Shown one piece after another: positions 56,646 to 64,000 of a stretch of DNA of 64,000 nt (positions within the stretch are counted from its first letter, which is position 1; every line of letters begins with the position of its first letter). Made by a program: the position numbers and the translations under genes. The DNA comes from Chthonomonadaceae bacterium (lineage in GTDB: Bacteria > Armatimonadota > Chthonomonadetes > Chthonomonadales > Chthonomonadaceae), in NCBI GenBank assembly GCA_035653075.1, contig DASRCN010000067.1, positions 13,233 through 77,232 on the forward strand, written 5' to 3'. The notes under the pieces were generated by a model. The model was not told the origin of the DNA. It searched no databases and was given only the letters and a program-made list of their open reading frames with translations.

Positions 56646-57446
56646 TCAATGCACGCGTACAAACGGCTGTAGTTTGGCAAACTTCTTATCTCCGATGCCG
56701 GAGATTTCGAGCAGGTCCTCGACGCGCTTGAATCCCTGGTTCTGCCGGCGGTAGGCGAGGATGCGCTCGGCCATGGCCGGGCCGACGCCCGGCAGCCGCT
56801 GCAGCTCCTCGGAACTGGCCGTATTGATATTCACGGTTCCCTGGCTCGGATCGCTCAGCTTGGCCGGTTTCTCGCTGCCGCCCCGGCTGCGGCTGCCGGA
56901 CCGGGCCGGATGCGCGGTGGACCTGGCGCTCTTTTTGAGGGTCGAGGTTGCTGTATCCGGCGGCGTGGAAACGGTTTCCGGCGGCGCGCCTCCGGTGGGC
57001 TGTTCCTGGCGCGTGGGGAAATAGAGCTGCATGCCGTCGTCGAGCCTGGCGGCCAGATTGATGGCGTCTGTGTTGGCGTCGGCCATCGGTCCTCCTGCCG
57101 CTTTAAGAGCGTCCTCGCCCCGCGCGCCCGGCTTTAAATGATAGACCCCCGGCTTTTTCACGGCCCCTGCGACATGCACGACCACTTCGGCAGGAGCAGC
57201 ATCCGGCGCGGGCGCGCTGGCCGGCGCCGAAGACATCTCGCCGCGCGTCGAAGCCGAAGCGAGGCTATCGGCAGGGCGGATGGGAGGCGGCGCGGCCGGC
57301 GCCTGCGGAAAGGCGTCGTGGAGTGTAATGCCGGGCGCGGCGGCCGAGACCATTGCCCGCACGACGGTCACGCCGGTGATAATCACCAGGATTCCCAAAA
57401 GCGCCAGCACGCCGATGACCTGACTGCGCGATAGCGGTTTCATGGC
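56646..57446 (-). CDS. comEA: Competence protein ComEA (SLBB plus tandem helix-hairpin-helix DNA-binding domain)
   Basis: N-terminal TM anchor. SLBB-like segment (...VVVHVAGAVKKPGVYHL...). C-terminal HhH ...INTASSEELQRLPGVGPAMAERILAYR...LLEISGIG.... Confidence 0.85.
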   Translation of the reverse strand, partial: AMKPLSRSQVIGVLALLGILVIITGVTVVRAMVSAAAPGITLHDAFPQAPAAPPPIRPADSLASASTRGEMSSAPASAPAPDAAPAEVVVHVAGAVKKPGVYHLKPGARGEDALKAAGGPMADANTDAINLAARLDDGMQLYFPTRQEQPTGGAPPETVSTPPDTATSTLKKSARSTAHPARSGSRSRGGSEKPAKLSDPSQGTVNINTASSEELQRLPGVGPAMAERILAYRRQNQGFKRVEDLLEISGIGDKKFAKLQPFVRVH

Positions 57447-57523
57447 TTTTCTTTCCTTACCTTCGTGCCGCAATATTTGCCTTTAGGATGCTCGATAGTG
57501 AAAGTACTTTATAGCACAGCCCA

Positions 57524-57552
57524 ATTGTAGAGGTTGACCTCTCGATTGTCAA
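57524..57552 (-). promoter_or_regulatory. Sigma70 promoter TTGACA-17-TACAAT for comEA (minus strand)
   Basis: Reverse complement of 57524-57552 reads TTGACAatcgagaggtcaacctcTACAAT. Confidence 0.4.
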
Positions 57553-57557
57553 GAGGG

Positions 57558-57573
57558 TGTGATGAATTTCACG
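57558..57573. promoter_or_regulatory. CRP/FNR-like half-palindromic site TGTGATGAATTTCACG in the comEA / TIR-STAND divergent region
   Basis: Resembles the TGTGA-N6-TCACA consensus with one mismatch. Highly similar to the site at 45775-45790. Confidence 0.3.
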
Positions 57574-57583
57574 CTCGAAAGTC

Positions 57584-57612
57584 TTGACGAGCAGACTTGA
57601 ACTTGCTATAGT
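57584..57612 (+). promoter_or_regulatory. Sigma70 promoter TTGACG-17-TATAGT for the TIR-STAND gene
   Basis: Counted directly. About 35-nt leader to ATG 57648. Confidence 0.45.
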
Positions 57613-57647
57613 ATCAGCCATGGAATTGCTGCCGAAGGTGAGCTCAT

Positions 57648-60461
57648 ATGGCTGCAGAAATCTTTATCAGCTATGCCCGCAAAGACAACCGAAAGGTCTT
57701 GCCACTGGTGCGGCATCTGCGAGACGCAGGTATTTCCGTCTGGTTGGATACCAGCGACATTGATGCCGGCGTGCAATGGCGACCGGAAATTGAAAAGGGC
57801 ATAAAAGATTGCCAAGTTGTGCTCTTGATGCTTTCAGCTTCCTCGGCTGCTTCGGAAGAGGTAGGTAAGGAGATTGTTTTTGCTCAGAAACTGGAAAAGC
57901 CCATCGTTCCCCTGGTTCTGGAGCCGGTGGCACTTCCTCCTGCTCTTCTCTTTCTTGAAGATATTCAGCAGGTGATACTGTTCGGAGAGGGACTGCAACA
58001 GAGATGGCAGGCATTGGGGAGCTCTCTGGTTAGATTGGGCGTGAAGCTAGAACGATCTCTTGAGGGCTTCGACCAGAATTTGCCTCTTGCCTCTACTTCT
58101 TTCATCGGACGTCAGAAGGAGATGCAGGAGATCGGGGAACTGCTCTTGCAGGCGCGGCTGCTGACGCTGACAGGAGCAGGCGGATGCGGCAAGACGAGGC
58201 TGGCTCTGGAGATAACAAAAGCGAACCTGGGCGCTTATCCAGACGGTGTATGGTTGGTAGAACTGGCCGATCTTTCCGATCCTTCCTTAGTACCCCAGCA
58301 ACTGGCGACTGTCCTGGGATTGAGAGAAGAGCCAGGCAGAACGCTAACAGAGACACTACGGGACTATCTGCAACCCAGGACCGTACTTCTGTTGCTGGAT
58401 AACTGCGAGCATCTGATTACAGCCTGTGCGGAGTTGGCAGATAGACTGCTGAGAGGTTGTCCGCAACTGGGCATCTTTGCCACGAGCCGGGAAGCATTGG
58501 GAGTGCCGGGAGAGCAGATCTATCGGACGCCCCCTCTGTTCGCCCCATATCCTGCTCACCTGCCCAAAAATGAGAAAGACCTCGCTGTAATCGTCTCTGG
58601 ATATGATGCTCCGCGTCTGTTCGTGGAGCGAGCCGGGTTGAAGAAGCCAGGCTTCGCGCTGACAACCCAGAACGCGGCTGTCGTGGCTTCGGTGTGTTAT
58701 CGTCTGGACGGCATTCCCCTGGCTGTCGAGCTGGCCGCCGCTAGAGTCAGTGTCCTCTCGGTCGAAGAGATCAGCATGCATTTAGAGCATCGGTTCCGCT
58801 TGCTCATAAGCGGTAGTAGTACTGTTCTGCCCAGACAGCAGACCTTGCAAGCAACTCTGGATTGGAGCTATGAGCTTTTGACCGAGCAAGAGAGGCTGTT
58901 GCTTTCCAGGCTGTGTGTGTTTGCCGGAGGATGGACCCTGGAAGCCGCTGAGGCCGTTTGCGCAGAGGAGCAGGATTCTGTCCTGGCTATGCTCTCTTCC
59001 GGCAAGCGGGTCGAACGAGAAGGGATGATGGACATCCTGGCCTCTCTTGTAGAAAAGTCGCTGGTAATTGTCGAGGAGCGGGAAGGCAAGAGTCGCTATC
59101 GCATGCTGGAAACCATTCGAGAGTATGCATCTGAGAGACTAAGAGAGAAAAGAGAGGAAAAGCTCTGGCACGGTCGTCATCTAAATTTCTTTTTGAATTT
59201 GGCCGAAGAGGCGGAGACTAAACTGACAGGAGCCGAGCAAGCCGAGTGGCTAGAGAGGTTGCAGGAGGAGAATGAGAACCTGCAGGCTGCATTGAACTGT
59301 TGCACGATAGATAAGGAGAAGGTCGAACCATGTGTGCAGCTTTGGGGAGCCATCTGGCGGTATTGGTATATCCGTGGCTGCTATAGTGAGGGCCGAGAGC
59401 AGCTGCAAGCCGCATTATCTCAAGATGCGAGGAATTTTCGCTCACAAGCATGGGCTAAGGCCTTTTATGGATTAGGCAGCTTGATATTGATGCAAGGAGA
59501 CTATGCCGCAGCGCGCTCTCAGTTTGAGGAAAGCCTGGCGATATCAAGGGAATTAGGAGATAAGAGATATATGGCCGCCTCGCTTATCGGTCTTGGGAAT
59601 GTGGCCATGGATCAAGGTGATTATGCAGCCGGACAGGCCTTTTATGAAGAGTGTCTGGCATTATTCAGGGAACTAGGAGATAAGAGGGGTATCTCTGTTG
59701 TGCTCAACAACTTGGGCAATGTGGCCTATCATCAAAGCAACTATAAAGCCGACCGAGCGCTACAAGAGGAAAGTCTGGAGATACAAAGGGAGTTAGGTGA
59801 TAAGCGGAGCATTGCCATCTCGCTCAATAATCTTGGAAATGTGGCATATCATCAAGGCGACTATACAGCCGCACATGCGTTCTATGAAGAATGTTTGGCG
59901 TTATTTCGGCAGCTAGGAGACAAGTGGGGCGTTTCCATCGCATTAAACGGTGCTGGCGGTGTGGCTAAAGCCTGCGGCGACTATGGAGCGGCAGGCGCTC
60001 TATACGAGGAAAGTCTTTCGTTAAGCAAAGAGACAGGAGGGAAGAGCGGAGTTGCTAGCGCCCTCAGTAACCTGGGAGAGGTGGCCTATCGGGAAGGCGA
60101 CTATGCCAAGGCAAGTTGCTTTTATAAGGAGAGTCTAGTTATCAGACGAAAAATAGAGGAAAAACCTGGCATTGCCGAATCGCTGAGAGACATGGCTGAT
60201 CTTGCGGCAGGGCAGGGACAATTCGAGATGGCCGCCAGACTATGGGCTGCAGCAGAAGTCTTGCGTGAAACGATTGGCTCGCCCTTGCCACCGAAGGAGA
60301 AAGAAGAGGTTGACCGTAAGGTGGCGACAGCACGAGCGTCTTTGGGAGAAGAGGCGTTTGCGAGTGCCTGGGAACAGGGACAGGCCATGACCTTCGAGCA
60401 GGCCATTGAATACGCCCTTCAGGAGAATCCGCAAGAAAGCAAAGGACGTCCTGCTGAATAG
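57648..60461 (+). CDS. TIR-domain / NB-ARC (STAND NTPase) / TPR-repeat protein, NLR-like
   Basis: N-terminal TIR (AEIFISYARKDN...ISVWLDTSDIDAGVQW...VVLLMLSASSAASEEVGKEI). NB-ARC: Walker A LTGAGGCGKTRLA, Walker B LLLLDNCEHL, RNBS-B-like FATSRE, GxP motif LDGIPLAVELAAARV. At least 8 TPR-like repeats with the LGDKRGISVVLNNLGNVAYHQGDY core. GC about 50% against about 63% genome background. Confidence 0.85.
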   Translation: MAAEIFISYARKDNRKVLPLVRHLRDAGISVWLDTSDIDAGVQWRPEIEKGIKDCQVVLLMLSASSAASEEVGKEIVFAQKLEKPIVPLVLEPVALPPALLFLEDIQQVILFGEGLQQRWQALGSSLVRLGVKLERSLEGFDQNLPLASTSFIGRQKEMQEIGELLLQARLLTLTGAGGCGKTRLALEITKANLGAYPDGVWLVELADLSDPSLVPQQLATVLGLREEPGRTLTETLRDYLQPRTVLLLLDNCEHLITACAELADRLLRGCPQLGIFATSREALGVPGEQIYRTPPLFAPYPAHLPKNEKDLAVIVSGYDAPRLFVERAGLKKPGFALTTQNAAVVASVCYRLDGIPLAVELAAARVSVLSVEEISMHLEHRFRLLISGSSTVLPRQQTLQATLDWSYELLTEQERLLLSRLCVFAGGWTLEAAEAVCAEEQDSVLAMLSSGKRVEREGMMDILASLVEKSLVIVEEREGKSRYRMLETIREYASERLREKREEKLWHGRHLNFFLNLAEEAETKLTGAEQAEWLERLQEENENLQAALNCCTIDKEKVEPCVQLWGAIWRYWYIRGCYSEGREQLQAALSQDARNFRSQAWAKAFYGLGSLILMQGDYAAARSQFEESLAISRELGDKRYMAASLIGLGNVAMDQGDYAAGQAFYEECLALFRELGDKRGISVVLNNLGNVAYHQSNYKADRALQEESLEIQRELGDKRSIAISLNNLGNVAYHQGDYTAAHAFYEECLALFRQLGDKWGVSIALNGAGGVAKACGDYGAAGALYEESLSLSKETGGKSGVASALSNLGEVAYREGDYAKASCFYKESLVIRRKIEEKPGIAESLRDMADLAAGQGQFEMAARLWAAAEVLRETIGSPLPPKEKEEVDRKVATARASLGEEAFASAWEQGQAMTFEQAIEYALQENPQESKGRPAE

Positions 60462-60579
60462 AGGGCATGAGACTACCGCATTTCGCACTCCAGCGATCCA
60501 CCGCCTCTACCTGAACAGTTCCATTAACTGTACATTTCGTTTTGGCAAACTTTTTATCGCTTTCTTCACCGCGACAGGA

Positions 60580-61248
60580 CTACCGGCTGGCGCCTGCTTG
60601 CTTGAGCAGGCGCGCGGTGTCCGGATGTCTTTGCCGGATGGCTATACGCAGGGCTGTCGTGCCGTCGTTTGCGCGCATATTGACGTCTGCGCCCCGCTGC
60701 AGCAGCATCTTGACGATGTCGTTTCTGCCGATTCGGGCTGCCTCCATCAACGCCGTATAGCCTTGCAGGGTACGATTGACGTTGGCGCCCGCTTTTAGCA
60801 GCATCTGAACGCCCTCAGCGTCTCCGTTTGCGGCGCGGTTCATGAGCAGGGTATAGCCGGAGGGAGCGGTGGGCATAAAATTCTCGCCGTTCAGGGAGTG
60901 ATCCTGAGCGAGAAGGCGGCGCGCGATCTCCGGGCGCTGCTGAAACAGCGCATATGCCACGAGAGTATCGTTCGGCCTGGCCCCATGCCGGAGCAGGGCA
61001 TCGACCGTATCCCCGGAGCCGGAACGGACGGCCTCCGTTAAGGGAGTATGTCCGTTTAAATTTAAATTCGGATCGATCCCCTGCTTCAGCAGCGACTCAA
61101 CGGTCACGGTATCCCCATGCTGCGCCGCTTGCAGCAGTCTCTCCGGCATACGGTTGCGATAGAGGCGATTGGCTCCGATCCCTGCAGCCACCAGGATAAA
61201 GAGAACGATCAGGACCCGGTCACGCCAGAGGCTGAAATTCTTGCCCAT
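60580..61248 (-). CDS. Ankyrin-repeat protein with N-terminal membrane anchor
   Basis: N-terminal TM helix then at least 5 ankyrin repeats (...GHTPLTEAVRSGSGDTVDALLRHGARPN..., ...GYTALMEAARIGRNDIVKMLLQRGADVN...). Confidence 0.85.
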   Translation of the reverse strand: MGKNFSLWRDRVLIVLFILVAAGIGANRLYRNRMPERLLQAAQHGDTVTVESLLKQGIDPNLNLNGHTPLTEAVRSGSGDTVDALLRHGARPNDTLVAYALFQQRPEIARRLLAQDHSLNGENFMPTAPSGYTLLMNRAANGDAEGVQMLLKAGANVNRTLQGYTALMEAARIGRNDIVKMLLQRGADVNMRANDGTTALRIAIRQRHPDTARLLKQAGASR

Positions 61249-61259
61249 CTCCTCGTCCT

Positions 61260-61625
61260 CTATCTGTCTCTATGAGGTCCCTTCGGTCGCCTTTGGCGCA
61301 GGTAAAAAATGCCGAAGACCGCGCAGCCCAGGGATACGCAGAGCAGCACCACACCCATAAGCAGACGTCCCGGTCCGGTGATAGGGCCGTTCGTGCGGCT
61401 GAAGATCACGAATCGGGTATCCAGTTCAACCCAGGCGCAGAGACCCGTTACTACACTGATAATGAGAGCATGAACCGCGATATGTAAGTAGGGGTCCCGC
61501 TCTCGAAGGCGATCCAGCCACTCGAACGGACGCTGACCGAGCTGGGCCCAGACCTGAAATGGGCGGATAATCCACCGGACGGCCCGTCTTCCCCAGGATA
61601 ACTCGGGGCTGACCTCCTCTGCCAT
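61260..61625 (-). CDS. Small membrane protein (121 aa)
   Basis: Start set at MAEEVSP. Two predicted TM helices. No family recognised. Confidence 0.4.
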   Translation of the reverse strand: MAEEVSPELSWGRRAVRWIIRPFQVWAQLGQRPFEWLDRLRERDPYLHIAVHALIISVVTGLCAWVELDTRFVIFSRTNGPITGPGRLLMGVVLLCVSLGCAVFGIFYLRQRRPKGPHRDR

Positions 61626-61723
61626 GGCTCTCTCCTTCATGGGTATTTGGTGTTTAAATCTAACACTCAATACCCTGCACTCAAGAGAGCGGTTTCGCCG
61701 GCATCTTCTGTTGCAAAGCGAGA

Positions 61724-63154
61724 TTATCGGGTCGGCTGCGCGAACGCGACCGGACTCCAGTCGTCCTGGCGATTCATGGCACGCACCCCGAAATAGTAAT
61801 CGTCTTTGGAAAGTCCGTGCAGCGTGTAGCGCGTCACGTTGCCGACCCAGAGCGAGCGTTCCCAGGACGGAGCGGTCGTCGATCGCCACTCGACGTAGTA
61901 GCCGGCCAGATCCGGCTCGGTATTGGGCGCCCACTTCAACTCCGTGTCGTTGGTCAGCTCGCGCGTGACGATCCCGACCTCCTGGGGCGTCGCTGGCGCC
62001 AGCGCCAGCATCGCCAGGGCCGCGGCGTTGACGCGCGTCACCTGCGCCAGGTAATCGAAGTCCAGGAACTGCGGCAGGTCGCCGTAGAGCACGCCACCTA
62101 CCGAGCGCACATTCTGATGCTGGTGCCGGAAGTCCTCGTTCGGCTCGGTAAAGCGCACGGCCGGATAGCCGCGCTCCTGGAAGGGGATCTGATCGCCGCC
62201 GCGCAGGAAGCGGTCCCGCCGGTAGACCAGGTTCACGTCAAAATGATGCACGTAGCGCGCGCCGACCCCCTGGATAAAGCGGGCCAGCTCCCGCGAGGGC
62301 GAATCGTTCTCGCCGCCGACGGCGCGCAGGATGCGCAGGCCCGTAGGCGTCTCTTCCGAGGGTACGCCTTCGGAGAAGACGCGCACAGAATGATTATCGT
62401 GGATGCCGTTGGCGCCGTGCGAGCTGCCGATGATGTCGTTATTGAGCATCCCCATGATCCGCCAGCCCTTCTCCTTCGCCCGGTCCGCGAAGTAGGTCGA
62501 GCCGTACAGACCTTGCTCCTCGCCCGCCACGCAAAGGAACACGATGGAGGCTCCATAATGGTATTGGGACATCACCCGCGCCATCTCCAGCACGGCGGCC
62601 ACGCCGGAGCCATCGTCGTCCGCGCCGGGCGCCTCCGCTGTGGGATCGTCGGCATTGCTGGCTCTGGAATCGTAGTGCGCGCTGACCACGTACACTCGCT
62701 TGTTGAGGTTGGGCAGGTCGCCGGGCAGGATGGCGGCGATGTTGGTGATGCGCACCGGATGCGGGATGCGCGGGCCGGCCGGCTGCTCGAAGGTCTGCAT
62801 CTCCACCTCCAGCCGCCCCCCGGACTGCGCCCGAATCTGCTGGAACTGGCTCAGGATCCAGTCCCGCGCCGCGCCGATGCCGCGCCGTGGATCGTCTTGT
62901 ACCGACAGCGTGTTGCGCGTATCGAAGGAGACCAGCTTGCGGATGGCGGCCTGGAGATAGTAGGAGTCGATCTCGCGGACGATGCGCCGGATGTCCGTCT
63001 GGGTCGCCTCCAGCATCGGACGCGGCGCCGTTTTCGACCTGGGGGGGCGCGCGACCACCCGGCCCTGCTGTCGGCCCTGCGCATACACGGCAAGGGAGAC
63101 GGCGCAGAGCCCAGCCACTCCAAACAGAGAAAGGCGTCGTTTTAAGTCTTTCAT
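61724..63154 (-). CDS. M28-family zinc aminopeptidase with C-terminal fibronectin type III-like domain, secreted
   Basis: Signal peptide. Metal-ligand blocks ...VVSAHYDS..., ...DDDGSGVAAVLEMARV..., ...GEEQGLYGS.... C-terminal FN3-like ...YYVEWRSTTAPSWERSLWVGNVTRYTLHGLSKDDYYFGVRAMN.... Confidence 0.85.
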   Translation of the reverse strand: MKDLKRRLSLFGVAGLCAVSLAVYAQGRQQGRVVARPPRSKTAPRPMLEATQTDIRRIVREIDSYYLQAAIRKLVSFDTRNTLSVQDDPRRGIGAARDWILSQFQQIRAQSGGRLEVEMQTFEQPAGPRIPHPVRITNIAAILPGDLPNLNKRVYVVSAHYDSRASNADDPTAEAPGADDDGSGVAAVLEMARVMSQYHYGASIVFLCVAGEEQGLYGSTYFADRAKEKGWRIMGMLNNDIIGSSHGANGIHDNHSVRVFSEGVPSEETPTGLRILRAVGGENDSPSRELARFIQGVGARYVHHFDVNLVYRRDRFLRGGDQIPFQERGYPAVRFTEPNEDFRHQHQNVRSVGGVLYGDLPQFLDFDYLAQVTRVNAAALAMLALAPATPQEVGIVTRELTNDTELKWAPNTEPDLAGYYVEWRSTTAPSWERSLWVGNVTRYTLHGLSKDDYYFGVRAMNRQDDWSPVAFAQPTR

Positions 63155-63296
63155 GCCTATAGTTTCTCGATAGATTGCTTATCCCCCTCCTTGCATCGCC
63201 CAGGCGTGTACCTGCCGTTAAGCTGCAAGAGATCGAACCCCCCGCTCGCAAAGCACTACCCCAAGCGTGTCCTTATTCCTAAGCTCCTTAATATGT

Positions 63297-63608
63297 CACC
63301 ACCCGCTCGCTACGCGAGCTAGAGCCACAGAGCACACAGAGGAAAAGCCAATGCGAGAAAAGCAAGAAGACAAGAAAGAGGCTGGTGCAAATAGAGATGC
63401 CTGTGCCGCTGCTATCCACACAAGGAGAACACAGAGAAAAACCAACCCTAGAGAAGAGAGGCCTTTCTCTGTGCTCTCCCTCGTGATGAGGAAGAGGCAA
63501 TGGCTTGCTAATTTGGTATAGCCTGCTTTCTTTTCTCTTTTGTTTTTCTCGCATTGGCTTTTCCTCTGTGTGCTCTGTGGCTCTAGCGAGCGAAGCGAGC
63601 GGGTGGTG
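63297..63608. mobile_element. MITE-like element: about 70-85-bp terminal inverted repeats flanking about 140 bp, inserted within a copy of the CCACCCGCTCGCTACGCGAGCGGGTGG palindrome
   Basis: Left arm CACCACCCGCTCGCTACGCGAGCTAGAGCCACAGAGCACACAGAGGAAAAGCCAATGCGAGAAAAGCAAGAA... Right arm ...TTTTCTCGCATTGGCTTTTCCTCTGTGTGCTCTGTGGCTCTAGCGAGCGAAGCGAGCGGGTGGTG. Both strands yield mirror-image ORFs (84 and 116 aa), an artefact of the inverted repeat. No transposase present. Confidence 0.5.
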
Positions 63609-63702
63609 AAAATCTCTGCAGCCTGACAGCAGGCACACGCTTGAGGTAGAGCCTGGCGAGTGGGTGGTTTAATCTTCGGCAAACTGGCGGTAGGTACAGG
63701 CT

Positions 63703-64000
63703 CAGGTCAGGGGGAATTCGGTGATGCGCAGATGGGCGCTGCCGTAGGGGATCAGCGTGATCGGTTCCAGAGGCGTATCGGTAGAAACGGGACTTTGGGG
63801 CAGGGGGCCGGCAGAGTTCAGCTCCAGGGTCCACTGTGGCAGCCGTTGACCTTGAGTTGTCAGGACGACCGGCGGGGCCTTCGGGTCGAAAGGAATGGGG
63901 CTGACCGGCGTTTCCTGGATAGAGAAGGAGGGCGCGGCGGGGTCAAGCGCCAGGCCGTAGTTCCAGGGGGTCGTGGGAAGAATTTCCCAATCGGCGCGGG
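63703..64000 (-). CDS. Partial CDS (C-terminal about 99 aa only; N-terminus beyond window), beta-sandwich tail possibly of a glycoside hydrolase
   Basis: Manual translation of the minus strand: ...RADWEILPTTPWNYGLALDPAAPSFSIQETPVSPIPFDPKAPPVVLTTQGQRLPQWTLELNSAGPLPQSPVSTDTPLEPITLIPYGSAHLRITEFPLT*. Strong GC3 codon bias, open to the window edge. Confidence 0.45.

Noticed and set aside
63267-63638. 84-aa (+) and 116-aa (-) ORFs sharing the peptide ...ARATEHTEEKPMREKQ...
   Set aside because: Mirror-image reading frames created by the inverted repeats of the MITE-like element, not genes.

Overview
High-GC (about 62-65%) bacterial chromosomal segment. Two prepilin-like H-X9-DG (DUF1559) proteins, a GloVer-repeat protein and a YVTN beta-propeller suggest an Armatimonadota-, Planctomycetota- or Verrucomicrobiota-like lineage; this lineage call is inference. 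Core content: a two-component system with TolC-like and PepSY genes; an RND efflux pair (membrane fusion protein plus permease); a glycogen debranching enzyme; a conserved recG-coaD-DUF177-rpmF-plsX-fabH-fabD-fabG-acpP-fabF block; a flotillin/NfeD pair; metK; a LysR regulator divergent from sdhCAB; an ArsR-like regulator with a beta-lactamase-family hydrolase; comEA; an M28 peptidase. Accessory, horizontally acquired-looking content: (i) a roughly 2.1 kb low-GC island (28.8-30.9 kb) with an AbiL-like pair (AAA_21 ATPase plus RloB/Toprim), i.e. a split OLD-type candidate anti-phage module, next to a Uma2 endonuclease; (ii) a low-GC TIR-NB-ARC-TPR STAND NTPase (57.6-60.5 kb), NLR-like, next to an ankyrin-repeat protein; (iii) a DUF4258/DUF2283 toxin-antitoxin pair in an AT-rich islet; (iv) a 1163-aa protein with poly-Arg/Pro/Ala disordered termini around a GH42-like domain, with a translationally coupled 72-aa ORF. 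Non-coding structure: at least two dispersed palindromic repeat families recurring in intergenic regions; a roughly 310-bp MITE-like inverted-repeat element inserted into a palindromic terminator-type repeat; several sigma70-type promoters, one with an overlapping perfect inverted-repeat operator; CRP/FNR-like TGTGA-N6-TCACA sites; a promoter-terminator-bounded candidate small RNA. No rRNA, tRNA or CRISPR array was recognised. The many long antisense ORFs in the six-frame track are high-GC artefacts.
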